Source: Diplonema japonicum (Eukaryota > Protista > Euglenozoa: Diplonemea). From it: 64,000 nt of DNA. A model generated the notes under the pieces. The model saw only the letters and a program-made list of their open reading frames with translations. It had not been told where the DNA came from and did not search any database. Location: NCBI GenBank assembly GCA_964019335.1, contig OZ025682.1:526176-590175 (forward strand). Reading direction: 5' to 3'. Numbering within the stretch: position 1 is the stretch's first letter; each line of letters begins with the position of its first letter. Below are positions 36,052 through 49,285 of the stretch, piece after piece. A program made the translations under genes and the position numbers.

Positions 36052-36972
36052 ATGTGCGTCAGCAATGAACAGTTGCTATTCAACAAGTTCCAAGAGGCGG
36101 TAAGAGACGGGACAAGGGACGACACGATGGAAGTGTTGAGGGCAGAGGGGTTTCCTTATGAATTCGTGTCTCCGACCGGGAGGAGGCCTATACACCTTGT
36201 GTGTGAACGAGGGCACCTAGAAGGTTTAGAATATCTGTGCACCAAAGGTTGCAGCGTTTTTTGCCTGGACAAGAAAAAAGGTAGCAGCATGCATTACGCG
36301 GCGAAGGCTGGAAGCTTGCCATGTGTGTCATTTTTATTGGAACGGGGTATGCCTGCAACAGGGCTGGCTGATGGTATGGGGGATGGACACGAGACAGCTT
36401 TCCACTGGGCGGTGTGGTATGCAAAACTTGATGTGGCGAGAGCGCTCAAGAACAAGGACCACAGCGTTGTTGATATGATAGACACAGACGGGGACACAGT
36501 GCTGCATTGGGCGTGCAACAACGCAAGGGTGTCAATAGCTAGGAAACTTGTTACAGAGTTTGGGTGTGACAGGAACAAGTCGAACTCGGTTGGGAGTACA
36601 CCCATGCACTGCTGCGCAGCACAAGGAGATTCCGATTTGTCTCGCATCATGACGGAGGAGCTAGGAGCCGACATCAACACTCAGGACGTGCATGGAGACA
36701 CACCTTTGCATGTGGCGGTGTCCTTCGAGCACCTCAAGATCGTAGAACTCCTTCTGTCGCATAAGGCGGATGTTTATATCAGGAACACCTCGCAGCAGAC
36801 TCCCTTAGAGCTCGCAGAGTACTTGTCGATATCGGGTGGTATCGTCTCCCTCTTAGACGGTGCTGTCAACGGTACATTCGAGGATGCTTACGAGCAATAC
36901 AAAAAAGATAGAAGAGCGGCCGAGACGCTGTCCAATGCCGTGGAGGCAACCCGTTTGGCAGGCGGGCACTGA
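36052..36972 (+). CDS. Ankyrin-repeat protein
   Basis: Multiple ANK repeats (GDTVLHWAC, GSTPMHCCAAQG, GDTPLHVAV). The ATG follows a CAG acceptor. Confidence 0.9.
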   Translation: MCVSNEQLLFNKFQEAVRDGTRDDTMEVLRAEGFPYEFVSPTGRRPIHLVCERGHLEGLEYLCTKGCSVFCLDKKKGSSMHYAAKAGSLPCVSFLLERGMPATGLADGMGDGHETAFHWAVWYAKLDVARALKNKDHSVVDMIDTDGDTVLHWACNNARVSIARKLVTEFGCDRNKSNSVGSTPMHCCAAQGDSDLSRIMTEELGADINTQDVHGDTPLHVAVSFEHLKIVELLLSHKADVYIRNTSQQTPLELAEYLSISGGIVSLLDGAVNGTFEDAYEQYKKDRRAAETLSNAVEATRLAGGH

Positions 36973-37054
36973 CCTCCACAAGTATTAAGTACACTAAGTA
37001 AGTAGTTTTATTGTTAAGCTGTATCACGCCAACAGCCCTCAGGTAGGTAGTAAA

Positions 37055-40000
37055 ATGAACGACGAGACCTGCGAGTACATAGAAGATGGTATGCACCTTG
37101 GCGCAACTACCACGTTATTACAGCTAATTACGTTCCCACCGAGAGCGACACTCAAGATTATGCTACGTATTTAGGAATAGACACAGTCACGGAGGCCGAC
37201 CTTTTGTGGATAGCAGAGGAGGGAGTTAGAGCAAAGCTCCCTGAGGGGTGGAAACCCTGCTCAACGCGAAAAGGACAAATTTATTATTTTAACACGATCA
37301 CAGGGCAGTCTTCATGGACACATCCCAAAGACGTTGAATTTAAGGAGTTGCTATTATCAGAGAGGCTGAAAAAAAAGCAAGCAGCTGCAGCCATCAGCAC
37401 CTACAACTCCCACCACAGCGAGTCCCAAGGCCCCAGCGCGCTTTCCACCCATACTTCTCTTACGGTGTGACACGCTTACATTTTAGTTACCCTCACAGCG
37501 CGACCGCCCACACAGCTCATATCAATCATCGCCACAAAGCCCCTCGGGTGTCTGCACTAGGCTTAAGGTATGCTGCATGATAGAATCCATCCATGTCCAG
37601 GTTGTGTCCTTGCACGACAACCGCACAGTCTGCCAGGCGCGCATCAGCAGCTCGACCACTTTCTCTTCCATTACTTCTCTCTTGCCTGCCTCATGTGTTG
37701 CTGACAGTTTCATGGACAGTGAAGGCTTTGCTTACCCACCACAAGACTTGGTGCAGGCACACTGTGTAGGGTGTGACACTGCTGTTGTTTACGTTAGTTA
37801 GAACAGTCAACGTTTTCTATTTCATCCCGCTCACACGCACTCAGGTCATGATCACTGAGGATGAGGAACGAGAGAGGCAGAAATTGTGGTTTTCCTTCGT
37901 CTCGGAGCTGCGCAGGGGGACGCGATCCGATGCCGCAAGGAAGATCCAGGGCATATGGGGCGACTACTTATTGTTCAGGGCGTATAAGCGCATGGCAGTG
38001 AAGATGACACAGGGGAAGGACACGACTGCGGCAACAAAGATACAAAGCTGTTGGCGAGGGAAACAAGCAAGGTCGCTGGTCCGTGTAATACGGTTGCAGC
38101 TGGATATGTCTTCCGAGCTGAGGGTGATGCCCCGTATGCGGGTTATGTTGCAAGAAAAGAAGGCACGCATGGCTTTTCTGCAAGAAGAGTCAGAGTTCCG
38201 TCTTGCCCGCTTATGGATGAACTACATATCCTCAGAGAGTATATACAGAGATGGCTTGTCATCCGTCTTGTCGCTTCTTGTTGCGGAAGCCTTCAAGAGA
38301 TTCACATCTGTTGGCATCTCTTGTATTGTGCCAGTCAGGCTGATGGCGAACGATGAAACATCCGATAGGCTCAAGAAAACCGCAGAAGCGCGAGTTCCCT
38401 ACAGGAGGTGGATGGTTCAGGCTGAGCAATACGACCGCTTTGCGAGAAGCTTGCACTGCTTTTCCAACTTGCTCGAACATAAAGAAACCTTTCGCAGGGA
38501 GCGGCTTAACATCCGGTGGCGTCTGTTGTTGCGTGAAGAGTGGGCCACTTTATCAGTAGTTGCAACTAAGAGCCATGTAAAGCGTGTGATCATCGAGTTG
38601 AAGCAACTATCGTGTGAATTATTTTTTGAACGCACGGAATTATTGAAACGTACCTGGGAAGAAATGGAACAGTGCCGCAGGTCCAGTCATGAACTGACGG
38701 AAACGCATGGTCGCAGCCAACTGAGTTTGCTCAAAAATGAAGCCTTCGCGCGTGCGGAGGCGAAGAGTGACATGTTAGCGGAGAGCGTAAGCTTGCTATG
38801 CTATGCGCAGCACTTGGGCAGTAGCAGCATAGGGGTACACGAGGATATTCTCATGGTGCACATTGTAGAGCTGGACAAGCGCGTCGCTGTTGGAAGAATG
38901 CAGCAGACGATGTTCACAGCATGCTTCGTGATATTTGAAGATCTTCATAGGCAGCACTGCGAGGAGCTGTGGTGCCATGATGTCCGTCTCCTTTCCACTA
39001 TTAACTACGAAGCACAGGCAAGAGACGCAATTAACAGTGAGGGGTTAGATATTCGCGAGTTGATAGCTACTCTTGAGATGGTGGTACGAATGCAGCATGC
39101 CAACGAGGAGGAAACAACCATGCAGTGCCTCAAAGAAGCCGTTGCAAGGGAGTTTGTGGCGCTTGAAGAGGCTCATGCCCTGCGCCGCTTGCATGTCGCA
39201 GACGAGAGGGATATACGTTCCCAGCACGACGACGAGGCAGCACGTTGCCACGCATTGTGGAAAGTGGAAACCAGCGAGCTTCGGCTGCGGTCCACAATGC
39301 CTTCGTCTATCGAGCTTTCTTACTTTGAAGCTTATGAGCAAATGCGCAGGTTTCATTTACAGATGTACGGAGAGGCCGATGCTGTGGCTTTAATTGAGTG
39401 CTGCGACAGGAGCTTGCTGCTGGCATCTTACCAAGATGTAGCGACACTGTGGGGTCGCTACTGCAGCGACCAGCTAAGGGAGCTTGAAGTTGTTGCGTTG
39501 CATGCTAGTTTGAGCTTACAGGAGCAAGAAAACAAAACAAGCAACATTTTGTACGACAGTATGTCCGCTGTGTACAGTGTCCTGACAGGTCAGAGCGTTG
39601 CGAAATGGGTGCCTATAGGCGACGAGCTGCTGTGCGTGCTTGAGGAAAAGGAAAAACGAGAAAGAAAGCAAATGGTGCTACAGGAGTACTCCTTGTGGTC
39701 ATTGCTGGAGAGCATGTTCAAGAAGAAAGGATACGAGAACAAAAAGAAAAAGAACGTAATGAGCAGGCTGCTAAGGGCGCATCGTGAAGACTTCGAGAAG
39801 AAAACATTCAACTGGATCCTGCAGACGGAGCATGAGGAACGCAGGAAGCTCGAGGAGAACGAGCGTAGCGAAAGAGGCGAATTGAAGCAACCACAGTTTG
39901 TCGTAGTTTGCAAGTTGCCTGAGCTGCTGTCTGTTGCTGCGGAGGATGGGCAGTACTGTGCCTCCCTGCTGGAAGCCATCAACAGTTTGCCTGTGGAGAC

Positions 40001-41171
40001 AGACCGTGTTATCTTCAATTTCGAAGAGCAGCAAAGATGGAGTGTGGAACATAGCAGTGAGTTTTCCCTACTGACAATAGACGAGGGGTTTGAGAGGTGT
40101 TTAGAGGAGAGCGCACAACAGAGCGCCCTACACGCGCTTGAAGCAGCCAAGCTCTGGGGTTGTGAAAAAGCAGCTAGATGTGAACTATGCGGCGTGCAAG
40201 AACAGGATTTAGAAACAGCATTGGCATCAGAGGCTTTCACAATGGTGTTGATCACAGAAACCGGAAAAAGACTTGGTTTGCAGCAAGCAGAGCAACACAG
40301 CTTCCAGGAACTGACATCTATCATGCAACAAGAAGCGTTCTTCGTTAAACAGAGGGACGAGGCTGGGATTGTCGTTCAGCAATTTCAAAAGAGGGCTATC
40401 GCTAAAAGAAAAATTAACAAACTGCGGCACACCCGCGACATTGAAGAAGCCAGGGATAGCAGAGCGGAGCAGCTGTTGCTGGAGACACCTGTCATTATTA
40501 AAAAGGAAGCTGCTAAGAGAATGTGTTTGGAAACCGAAGAAAGTGTGTGCCTTGCGAAGCTACTGAACAGGGCGTCGCAGGAGGCAGCTTGCGTACGTTT
40601 GCAAGCCTTGCCGCCCCTTTCAAGCACTAGGCATGTACCAGATATGACAGCCCCGCGAGAAGCTGTACCCGCCCTGCCGAGCATACGCCCACCGTCGCCT
40701 TTCCTGCTGAAGGAACTGCTACTAGCGTTACGAAGTTTAGCTACTTTCGAGAAGCCTAGGCGGAGAGCCATTCGTGAGCAAGAGTCCAAAGCCCTCGGCC
40801 GTCTTTGGATGAGCTTTAACAAGAGCCGTCCCAACCCACGTTTGAAGACCCCGAAGCTCGTCAAGGCCAAGGTCAACATGCAGCCAGAAGAAATTGTTAC
40901 GTTGGAAATGAAGCGCAGGCTTGTTCTCGAAAATGCAGAACATGATACATGGCAGGATCATGTCATGCAATGGAGAATGCAACACATGCTTCTGTGCTGG
41001 AAGTTCAACAGCAGCAACTACGCCGCTGATGCAATCCCAAACATGTTAGGCGACTTGAGTAAGTGGATCACAGTTCAGAAGCTTCCAGAGAGGTATGAAC
41101 TCAGCGATAGTTACCCATCACAGCCACGCGCCGTGCATCCTGCAGCCCTTGAAGGTAGTTACACCTTTTAA
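37055..41171 (+). CDS. CEP164-type N-terminal WW domain + IQ motifs + long helical repeats; introns 37089-37123, 37465-37498, 37568-37600, 37793-37844
   Basis: YVPTESDTQDYATYLGID...LLWIAEEGVRAKLPEGWKPC...IYYFNTITGQSSWTHP matches the CEP164 N-terminal pattern. IQ motifs AARKIQGIW and ATKIQSCWRGKQAR. Confidence 0.7.
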
Positions 41172-41577
41172 GGAGATCCCTGATCCATATTTCAAAAAGG
41201 TATTCTTAAGACACTGACCACTCATCTTAGTTATTTTATGAACGAGGTGCTGCGGGCAGAGCACACATGCTTTCCCAGTACAGGAATACACGTTTGGAAC
41301 AGAAGTTCCTACCTCTCACATCAGCCGTAGGTCATCAAACTTGTCCCAGTTGACGGCATCCTTTCTGATTCTGCTTGTTTTGTTGCTTTGGATTTGGACA
41401 AGGTGCTTTACAGCGCCATATGTTCACTCAGCTCTAGCTGCAGTCAGCCATTTGCTTGGATGATGTTGTTTCCTAACAAAACCCGCTAGTAGCTCGAGCT
41501 TACGCCTGCCTCGTTTTGTCTTCCGTTGAGTACTGTGAACTGAACACCGCAACATAGCACATAACAACCAGGCAAAT

Positions 41578-42474
41578 ATGAGTAACGCGCACGAATGGCC
41601 GGTATTGAATAGCACACCGGAAGGCCAGGCGATTGTGAACGAGATACAACGGGCACTGGAGGGGAGGCGGAGAGGGGTGAATAAGCAGCAGGTTATAAAG
41701 GTGAGTGCCGATCACTTGGCTGCGAAGTACGTGATGCAGGAGGTAAACAATATCAGCAGGGTTGCTGGAGACGTGGCACGACTTGTGATAGAGTGCGAGG
41801 AGCTTTGCGACAGCATGGAAGAGGCGTGCAACAAGAAGCACTACACGATCAACGAGTCGATGCGGCAACTGGTAAGCAGCAAGTGCAAAATGAGTTACGA
41901 AGCCTGCAAATTGTCGGCAGGGGATGTCATCCGGCCGTTGCTTGCAAAGAAAGTTGAAAGCCATGCCGAGACCTGCGCTGCGATTATCGAGGAGGACTGT
42001 AACTTGAAAGAAGAGGTCGAAAAGCTCCTGAAAGAGAACGAGGACATCAAGAGGAGCTACTATAGGGAACGCGACCACATCAGTAAGGTGAGGGGCGAGA
42101 CAAGCATGATGATGCAGTCGGTGATTAAGAGGATGACACTGCTGTTACAGCAGTACAGAGTGCCTTCAGAAGCATTTGACTTGAAATATGCTGACCACCT
42201 TCTTGCTCTGATCGAAGCCTTGCAGACGAAGGTACAAGTTCTCACTGCTGATGTCAACATGTGTAACTACGACAGCGACACAGTGCCTGCCTTGAGGTAC
42301 TTGCGCGACACGTTGCAGGAGCTTATCAATAGCGCGCGGCTGGAAGAGCAGACCATGACCGTCCTAATAGACCAGTACACACAAGCCGAGTCGGCAGAGT
42401 TCCACAAGCTGAACGAAGAGTTTAAAGCACTCGAAAAAGAAAAACAGCTACTAGAACAGACGCGCGAGCGTTAA
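41578..42474 (+). CDS. Augmin subunit 4 (HAUS4)-like coiled-coil protein
   Basis: C-terminal YDSDTVPALRYLRDTL...QY....EFHKLNEEF resembles the HAUS4/AUG4 pattern. Confidence 0.55.
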   Translation: MSNAHEWPVLNSTPEGQAIVNEIQRALEGRRRGVNKQQVIKVSADHLAAKYVMQEVNNISRVAGDVARLVIECEELCDSMEEACNKKHYTINESMRQLVSSKCKMSYEACKLSAGDVIRPLLAKKVESHAETCAAIIEEDCNLKEEVEKLLKENEDIKRSYYRERDHISKVRGETSMMMQSVIKRMTLLLQQYRVPSEAFDLKYADHLLALIEALQTKVQVLTADVNMCNYDSDTVPALRYLRDTLQELINSARLEEQTMTVLIDQYTQAESAEFHKLNEEFKALEKEKQLLEQTRER

Positions 42475-42573
42475 GCAATAGAATAGAATAGATGTAGTTT
42501 ATTATTCACTCGTACACTTGTACAATCGTGCCACCCAATACAGGGCTGCTTGCGACATGATAATGCCCTGCAA

Positions 42574-44964
42574 ATGAGGTTTTACAGGTTTTCCCGGCTG
42601 TTTGGTGGTCGCATTTTGATCACAACGGCAGTGTTGTGTTTTTTGTCGATATGTTTGACCGTGCTGGAGGATGATGATCCAGCTTTAATAGCCGTGCCGG
42701 TCTACCCTGTGGCGGAAAACAGGCCTGAAATCAATTTAGATGACGACGAGGAGGACAATCTCGGCGACGTTGACGAGTTCACCCCAGCGAACAGGACAGA
42801 GGCGGCAATATGTTATTTTGTACAGGTATGCCACTGCGAAAAAGTATACTCAAACGCAAACAGGCACACACATGTTCGCAGACAGGCTGGACGTTGTCCA
42901 AGACGCGCGGTATTCATGTTTCTGAAGACGATCCATTGAAGGTACACAAGATACGGCCTGGACTGTGGGGCTCTAGGAGTGTGTCATTAGCTGTCTGCGA
43001 GTACGACAGCAAAGGAGATCTGAAAAAGACGGTGAAGCGGAAATTCGTCAAGCACGACGGCTGCGACATCGTCATCGAAGAAGAGCGAGACGATATCTTC
43101 TTCAAACAGCAAGCTTCCTTTTTGCAGCACAAAAGCAGGTACATTAACGGCTTTTTTGCATTGGAAGCATCCGATTTCCACGGACATTACATCACAGCAA
43201 AGGGTGGGCAGCTGACGCTCGACTCTGAGGACTCGTCGTCTACCTTTAGAGAGGAAGCCAGTTGGCTGTTCGACACTGATGACAAGATAAAGCAAGCGAA
43301 GCATAAAAAAAGGGAATCTATCAGGAGTGGAGTGTACTTGCTGAAGCAGCCTGTCCCCCCTGGCACTGTTGTGCCCAATATTATAGACGACGAGACGACG
43401 TGCGCACGAGAGCACCACGGGTGTTGCGATATTCAAGAGTCGGGATTCGTCACCCCTCAGACAACAGAATTCGGCAAAGCTGACCCTGCAACCACAGATG
43501 TGACAGCTATCATCTTGAGTAGTAAAAACACATTGGGAAAGAGACGACCGTTGCTGAATAGGTGGTTGCTAGGCCCCATCCAGCGAGGGACAATGGCACC
43601 GTGGGCACGGGCCGTCATCTCACTCGATTGCTTTACCGATGACATCGATATCAACTTGATTAAGACCGACTGGGTCGTCGGTCCACTGGGCACGGGACCT
43701 GTTGGGCTTCCTATGATTACCGTTAGGGTGCCCATCGTTACACATTGGACTTTTGAAAAGTATGCATCGCACGCCTCATAGACCGCATGTGCAGGTACCC
43801 CGACGCTTCATGGTTTTTCACAATCGACGACGACACTTTGGTATTCTCGGAGAACGTTGTATGGGCCCTCTCGTGGCTTGATAAGTATGATGCTTTATTT
43901 CATTCCATAACCCTGCAGGCCGCACCAGAATATGTGGTACGTCGGCCACTCGACTGAGTGGCGTATCAAGATCTTCTATCACGGAAGGATGGCTTTCGGA
44001 GGAGGGGGGATCCTGATTTCAAACAAAGGTCGACGTGACTGGATTGATTACTGGCAGGGTGGTCTGACAAATGCCTCCCGATCATGGCTTCTCAGTGGGA
44101 AGTGCTCCCATGATGGAGGTGATGGCACAGTCTGCAGATGCCTGAAGCTGGCAACTGGGGAAACAAACATGTTCACCGACTTCCGAGGCTTCCATCAGTA
44201 CGACATCGTTGGGACTGCATCCATGCTGGATATTATCAAGGATACCTGCCCCAACTGCCCTACGGTATGTTATTTTTTCTTGCGATACAAATGACAGACA
44301 TATGAGCAAGCGGGTCTGTGGCTGGATGACATAGTAAGCCAGCACACATTGTGTACTTTTCACCATCTTTTAGCGATTGCTGAAGGTTCTGTCTTCCCTG
44401 CTACTAACGGTATGACGCTGACACACCATATTGCCCCAAGGTTCGACTACTGGCTTACTGTTCTACGATGCCTACGGTGCGTACCCGTATCACCTTTTGA
44501 TGAAGAGAGTCTGTGGCAGATCGGAGAACAACACACACACTTTGTGCATCAATTTTGGGCATCAGCTACAGGTGTGCTTAATTCTTGTGTTTATTTTCTT
44601 CTTTTTTTTTCAGATTTTCCGAAACACGCTTGAACCTGACGATGCATTTGTATTGCTTGATGCACGTGATGGTACGGATAGGGAGAGACCTACCGAAAAC
44701 CTCATTTACTTGGCTGTGAAATCGCACATCCAAGATGCACAGCTTTGCTCGATGCACTATCAGTTTGGGGGCACGAAAGAGTTCACGACTTACATTGGAA
44801 CCACAGTAGAGCCACGCGCCCTGCATGACCCCCCCTGTGAAGGAGAGGCAACTGTCATAGTTCGGGAGGACACACAGCTCATCATTGACATCACCATGAA
44901 ACAAGAGAATACTAACATAAAGATTATATGGAAGCAAGCCATTACATTTCCGCACAACCACTAG
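42574..44964 (+). CDS. Type II membrane Fringe-like (GT31/DUF604) glycosyltransferase with an AbfB/CBM42-like module; introns 42826-42881, 43760-43794, 43885-43918, 44265-44297, 44410-44440, 44572-44613
   Basis: N-terminal TM. CBM42-like FFKQQASF and ALEASDFHGHYI...STFREEASW. GT motifs WFFTIDDDTLVF, MAFGGGGILIS, GGDGTVCRCL, GFHQYDI and TFHH. Confidence 0.75.
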
Positions 44965-45060
44965 ACGAGTGTAGAGATGGAGTTTACGACGTTCATTTTG
45001 AACACTTTTTTTTTATGTCTTGCATCTCTGCGTGCGTAGCAACGACATGCATACAGATAG

Positions 45061-47892
45061 ATGATGCGGTCCAAGATCTGGGCAATAGCAGCACTTGTGT
45101 GCTTTTTCTGCGTTGTGAATGTATTCCATCCTGTACCCGAGGAGAGTAGGGTGGAGGCTTCTGAGTTCGCAGAGCGGGGGCAGCAAAAGCTCGTCGCCAG
45201 TGACACCGAACGAAGTGTGACAAAGGCCAATGTGACCACATACGCAAATGGATCGGTGGCCATCAACGGGGTGTTATACAACCCTGGGGGGCATCTCCAT
45301 GACGACTGGGATGAGCTTGCGAAGCCGGGGACATTTGACTTTTATTTGTACGTGTCCCTCGTGCTGACCTGTGTAATTGGAGCAGCACTTGCAGCAGGGC
45401 TAACGATGGGGCTAGTCAGTGTAGACATTATGAAGTTGCACGTAACCCTTGAAGCGGACCTTAGCGATGATGATGAGGCAGAAGAGCGCTTCGAACGTGA
45501 CGCAAAAAAAGAAGAGAACCTCCTTCAAAGAAAACAGGAAATCTTGCAAGGCGGTATCTCCAGTCACGGAGAGCTGGCTGACATCGATGCCGAGCTTCAA
45601 CGGGTGACCCATGAGAGCAGGCTCCGCGACAGGGAAGAACACAATGTCATGAAAGCAGAGAAGCTTAACGCCAACCGCATCCTTCCCGTTGTCGCTCAGA
45701 GGCATCTGCTTCTTGTGACGCTCTTGCTGACCAACGCCGTGGCAGCCGAGTGCATGCCAATCTTCCTTGACAGGATCGTGCCTTCGTGGATAGCTATTGT
45801 CCTGAGTGTCAGCTTTGTGCTCATCTTCGGAGAGATTGTCCCATCGGCTATTTTTACGGGGAAGCACCACCTCAGGATTGCTGCCTTTTTCACACCTCTC
45901 GTGAGAACCTTGATGTTTATCACAGGGCCAATCTCTTACCCGATCAGCAAGATCTTGGACTATACATTTGGTGAAGAGGAGCACGATGCCTACAACAAAG
46001 ATGAACTCAAAGCTTTTATCAGAATGCATGGCCATAGAGAGCAGCACCAAGCTGTGGTGGTCCTTCGCCCGCATCCACAAGACGATCTGCAGCCACCGCA
46101 ACCTCCTTCCAAAGATGAGCTCGAGGAAGCTTATAAAGACGCGAAGATCCTGAACATAGCCGACCAGGACAACCTCCCCGACCCGCATGATGCACGTTTC
46201 TGTGGGACAGACGAGCGTGAGTTCAGAGATTGGCTTGAGAAATTGCTGCAACCGACATCATTCTATCCCGCACATGAGTGGGGAGTACTCATGCATCCTA
46301 TGAGTAGCGAACGAAGGGACATGAACAAAGCAAGAGCACACTTCGGCTTTGCGTCGTCAGAGGACGCAAACCAAGTGTGCGACATCATCAACAGGTCTAT
46401 TGTGGCTGAGGGTGGGGGTGCATGGCTCCACGGATGGGTGAGGGTCGAGGCTGAGGTGGCTGAAAGTTCGCATGCTGTGAGGATGCAGAAGCTAGCCGAC
46501 GACGAGTGTGCCATGCTGTGTGGGGTGATCGGAATCGGGGAGACGCCTGTGGGCGAAGCAGCACATCTTATCGATGACAAGTACGATGACAAGTCATGGA
46601 AGATATTCATGCTCTCGCAGAACACAATTCTCGACAGAGGTGTCTTGGCAGAAGTGATGCGCAGGGGGCATTCAAGGGTTCCCATTTATCAGGTTAACGA
46701 GTTCATTGTGACTATCAAGAGGAGCAGCGATGAGTCGTATGGTATCCATCTCTCGCATCCAGGACCCACGCCCGCTGACCCTGAGCCCACATGGGTATGT
46801 TTTTATTCGTTTACGTGATAAATTCACAGGGATATTGGAACCGCATTGGACACGTCACACCTGACTCGCCTGCTGCACGAGTCAACTTAGACCACACGTA
46901 CTACATCTGCGCAGTGAACGGTGTCCGGTTGAAGAAGTTGGAAGACTTCATGAGGGAAATGGTATGCAACAGGAGCTCTCTCACCCCGCACATAGAAAAA
47001 GACCGATAAAGAAGTGAAGTTGACACTATACAGAGACGATGCTAATGAGAGAAGTATGCATCACAGACTTTGCTAGACACATAAAACAGAGCGTATCTGC
47101 GGCATGCTTCTGGCGAAGAAGCTCCTTGTTATCAGCCCAGAGGATTTCCGCATGGTGGGTGATGTCACAGAGAGGTTCCCTCTTGCTGTAGCACCTGATG
47201 AGACTCTATTGGAGGCACTCTCAAAGTTCAGGCAGGGGGGTTCCCACATGGCCATCGTCACAAACAATCCGGAGGTGTGGATGGGTTTATTCCCATTATT
47301 TTTTTTAAATTACAGATGTTACAAGAGTGTTGGAATAACTATAGAAAAGCGAGGCTTCCGGATCCGGGGCAGATAGGAAAAAAGAAAGGGAAACTGCCGA
47401 AGCAGAATCCTGTAGACTGTTTGGCGTGGGCAGCGCCACTGACTTCAGGGCAAGTAGAGGTACTCGGTATCTTGACGCTGGAGGATGTTTTGGAGGAGTT
47501 CATGGGCGACATCATTGATGAGACTGACATGAAGCACGAATCAGAAGCGGGCCTCAGCCATTCGAAGAAGCAGCGCATCAAGAAGATCACAGCAATGTCA
47601 AACCTAATCCTACGACACGACGAGAGCCGCAGGCGTCCGGTCTCACCCGGTGTAAGATCACCCGCGCCCCATTACGCATCAGGGGTCATCCCCCATCTCA
47701 GGCAGCTTGGTTCCACATCATCCAGCCTAACATCACGTCTTGCACGTGTCAAGTCGTCAAGCACTCATGTAGCCGCTGAGTCGGGACGCTCCATCGCCTC
47801 GTTGGGATCGGTATGCGGAAAGAAAACACCATAAAAACTAACTACAATACCAGGCCCTTCCCACTGAAACGACGCCCTTGATTAAGAGGTAG
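45061..47892 (+). CDS. CNNM/DUF21-CBS metal (Mg2+) transporter with inserted PDZ-like domain; introns 46795-46829, 46962-46995, 47054-47089, 47275-47315, 47811-47853
   Basis: AAGLTMGLVS, HLLLVTLLLTNA, VLIFGEIVPSA, GHSRVPIY, FRQGGSHMAIV and LGILTLEDVLEE. Confidence 0.88.
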
Positions 47893-47974
47893 TCCTGTAC
47901 GGTATTCCTACTAGGATATTAACAATTTTCAGTGGCGCAACATGTTTCTACATATCAGCTTCAGGTTACACAGA

Positions 47975-48694
47975 ATGAACGACATCCTTGCTTTTAATCA
48001 TTTCTATGATATCGACAACGGCTTGGGAATGTGCACGGGTGCTAAGAATAGCATAGGAGGGTACATACAGACTTCGAAGCGAAGGTACTTCGGTGCGTCA
48101 AAGGTGAGCGGTACAAGGTTGGTGTTCAAGAATGACACACCTTGTGATGTGGGGCCTGGGAGCTACGAATTGAAGAGCCTTGCTGACATACAGAAAGCAA
48201 ATATGAATGGTTCCTTTTACAAGTCGAATGTTTCGCGCTTCTCGAAGCTTGAGTGGTCTGTACCACATGACCTGTACAGCAGAAACTCTACCGAGCAGGG
48301 CATCGCACCGATGCCACAGCTGTGCAAAACGGAATGCTACGCAACACCTTCAACTACAGAGCGAATCAAGAAACTGCCGTATGGTAGGTTCGGGAGCAAA
48401 GAGAAGAGGGAGTTCAACACCGTCAGCTGGGCCAACAGTGACCCGCGCTGCTTGAAGCAGCCTTATTACCCCGCGACAACAAAGTGCGATAGGTGTTCTG
48501 TAGATCGTTCCCAGCCCAAGTCCAAGCCTTCTGGTGCAACTCTGCACACAAGCTTCGGAACTGCTTCTGACCGCAAGAGCTTAGACAGTTTCAAGAAAAG
48601 ACAAAAGGATGTCATCCCAGAGGTGTGTTCATTACCTCACTACCATGCATCACAGGACTACTTTGTGTTGCGCTTCGACAGACGAAATCAATAA
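47975..48694 (+). CDS. Hypothetical protein with a SHIPPO/ODF3-like motif (possibly flagellar); probable intron 48623-48655
   Basis: VGPGSYEL motif plus repeated (S/R)FGS..R elements. Confidence 0.5.
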   Translation: MNDILAFNHFYDIDNGLGMCTGAKNSIGGYIQTSKRRYFGASKVSGTRLVFKNDTPCDVGPGSYELKSLADIQKANMNGSFYKSNVSRFSKLEWSVPHDLYSRNSTEQGIAPMPQLCKTECYATPSTTERIKKLPYGRFGSKEKREFNTVSWANSDPRCLKQPYYPATTKCDRCSVDRSQPKSKPSGATLHTSFGTASDRKSLDSFKKRQKDVIPEVCSLPHYHASQDYFVLRFDRRNQ

Positions 48695-48748
48695 CTTACA
48701 TTCAGCAGCGGTGCACATCTAACTCCTCACGCAGGCTCCTAACCAAAG

Positions 48749-49285
48749 ATGCTCAGAGGTCTGTACCGAAGCACTCTGCGGGTGAGGGGCAGGTGGTGCT
48801 CTGCGTCGTCGTTTGAGAGCAAATTGACGATGAGCGTAAAGGATGGTGACTTCAGTGCTTGCAGGGATATCATCAAAGAGATGCGTGATACGAGTGTTGA
48901 GCCCACGCCGCGTGTTTACCAGCTGTTGCTGCAGCTGTATGCCGACCAGTACTCGGAGGATCCGGATATGTGTTTTGAAAGCGCAAAGATGACGTTTCAG
49001 AAAGCGAGGTCTAGGGGCTTCACGAAAGATAATGCAGCTATTTGGTCGCTCATGATGTTGACACATTCAAAAGCTCAGGACGCAAGCGCCGCACGTGTGC
49101 TGGATAGGATGCGAGATGATGACGGGGTGCCTGTTCCAAAGGGTTCGATGTATACAGAGGCCTTGAAGATGGCCATTAAAAACGAGTTTCCAAAAAAGCT
49201 TCCACCAGCAGCCTTGAGAAACGACCGTGATTTCAACAAACAGCACCTCAGACAGACGACACCTATGCAGTACTACAGTGACTAG
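48749..49285 (+). CDS. Small PPR-like protein with mitochondrial presequence
   Basis: MLRGLYRSTLRVRGRWCS presequence; PPR-like IIKEMRDTSVEPTPRVYQLLLQLY and VLDRMRDDDGVP. Confidence 0.65.
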   Translation: MLRGLYRSTLRVRGRWCSASSFESKLTMSVKDGDFSACRDIIKEMRDTSVEPTPRVYQLLLQLYADQYSEDPDMCFESAKMTFQKARSRGFTKDNAAIWSLMMLTHSKAQDASAARVLDRMRDDDGVPVPKGSMYTEALKMAIKNEFPKKLPPAALRNDRDFNKQHLRQTTPMQYYSD

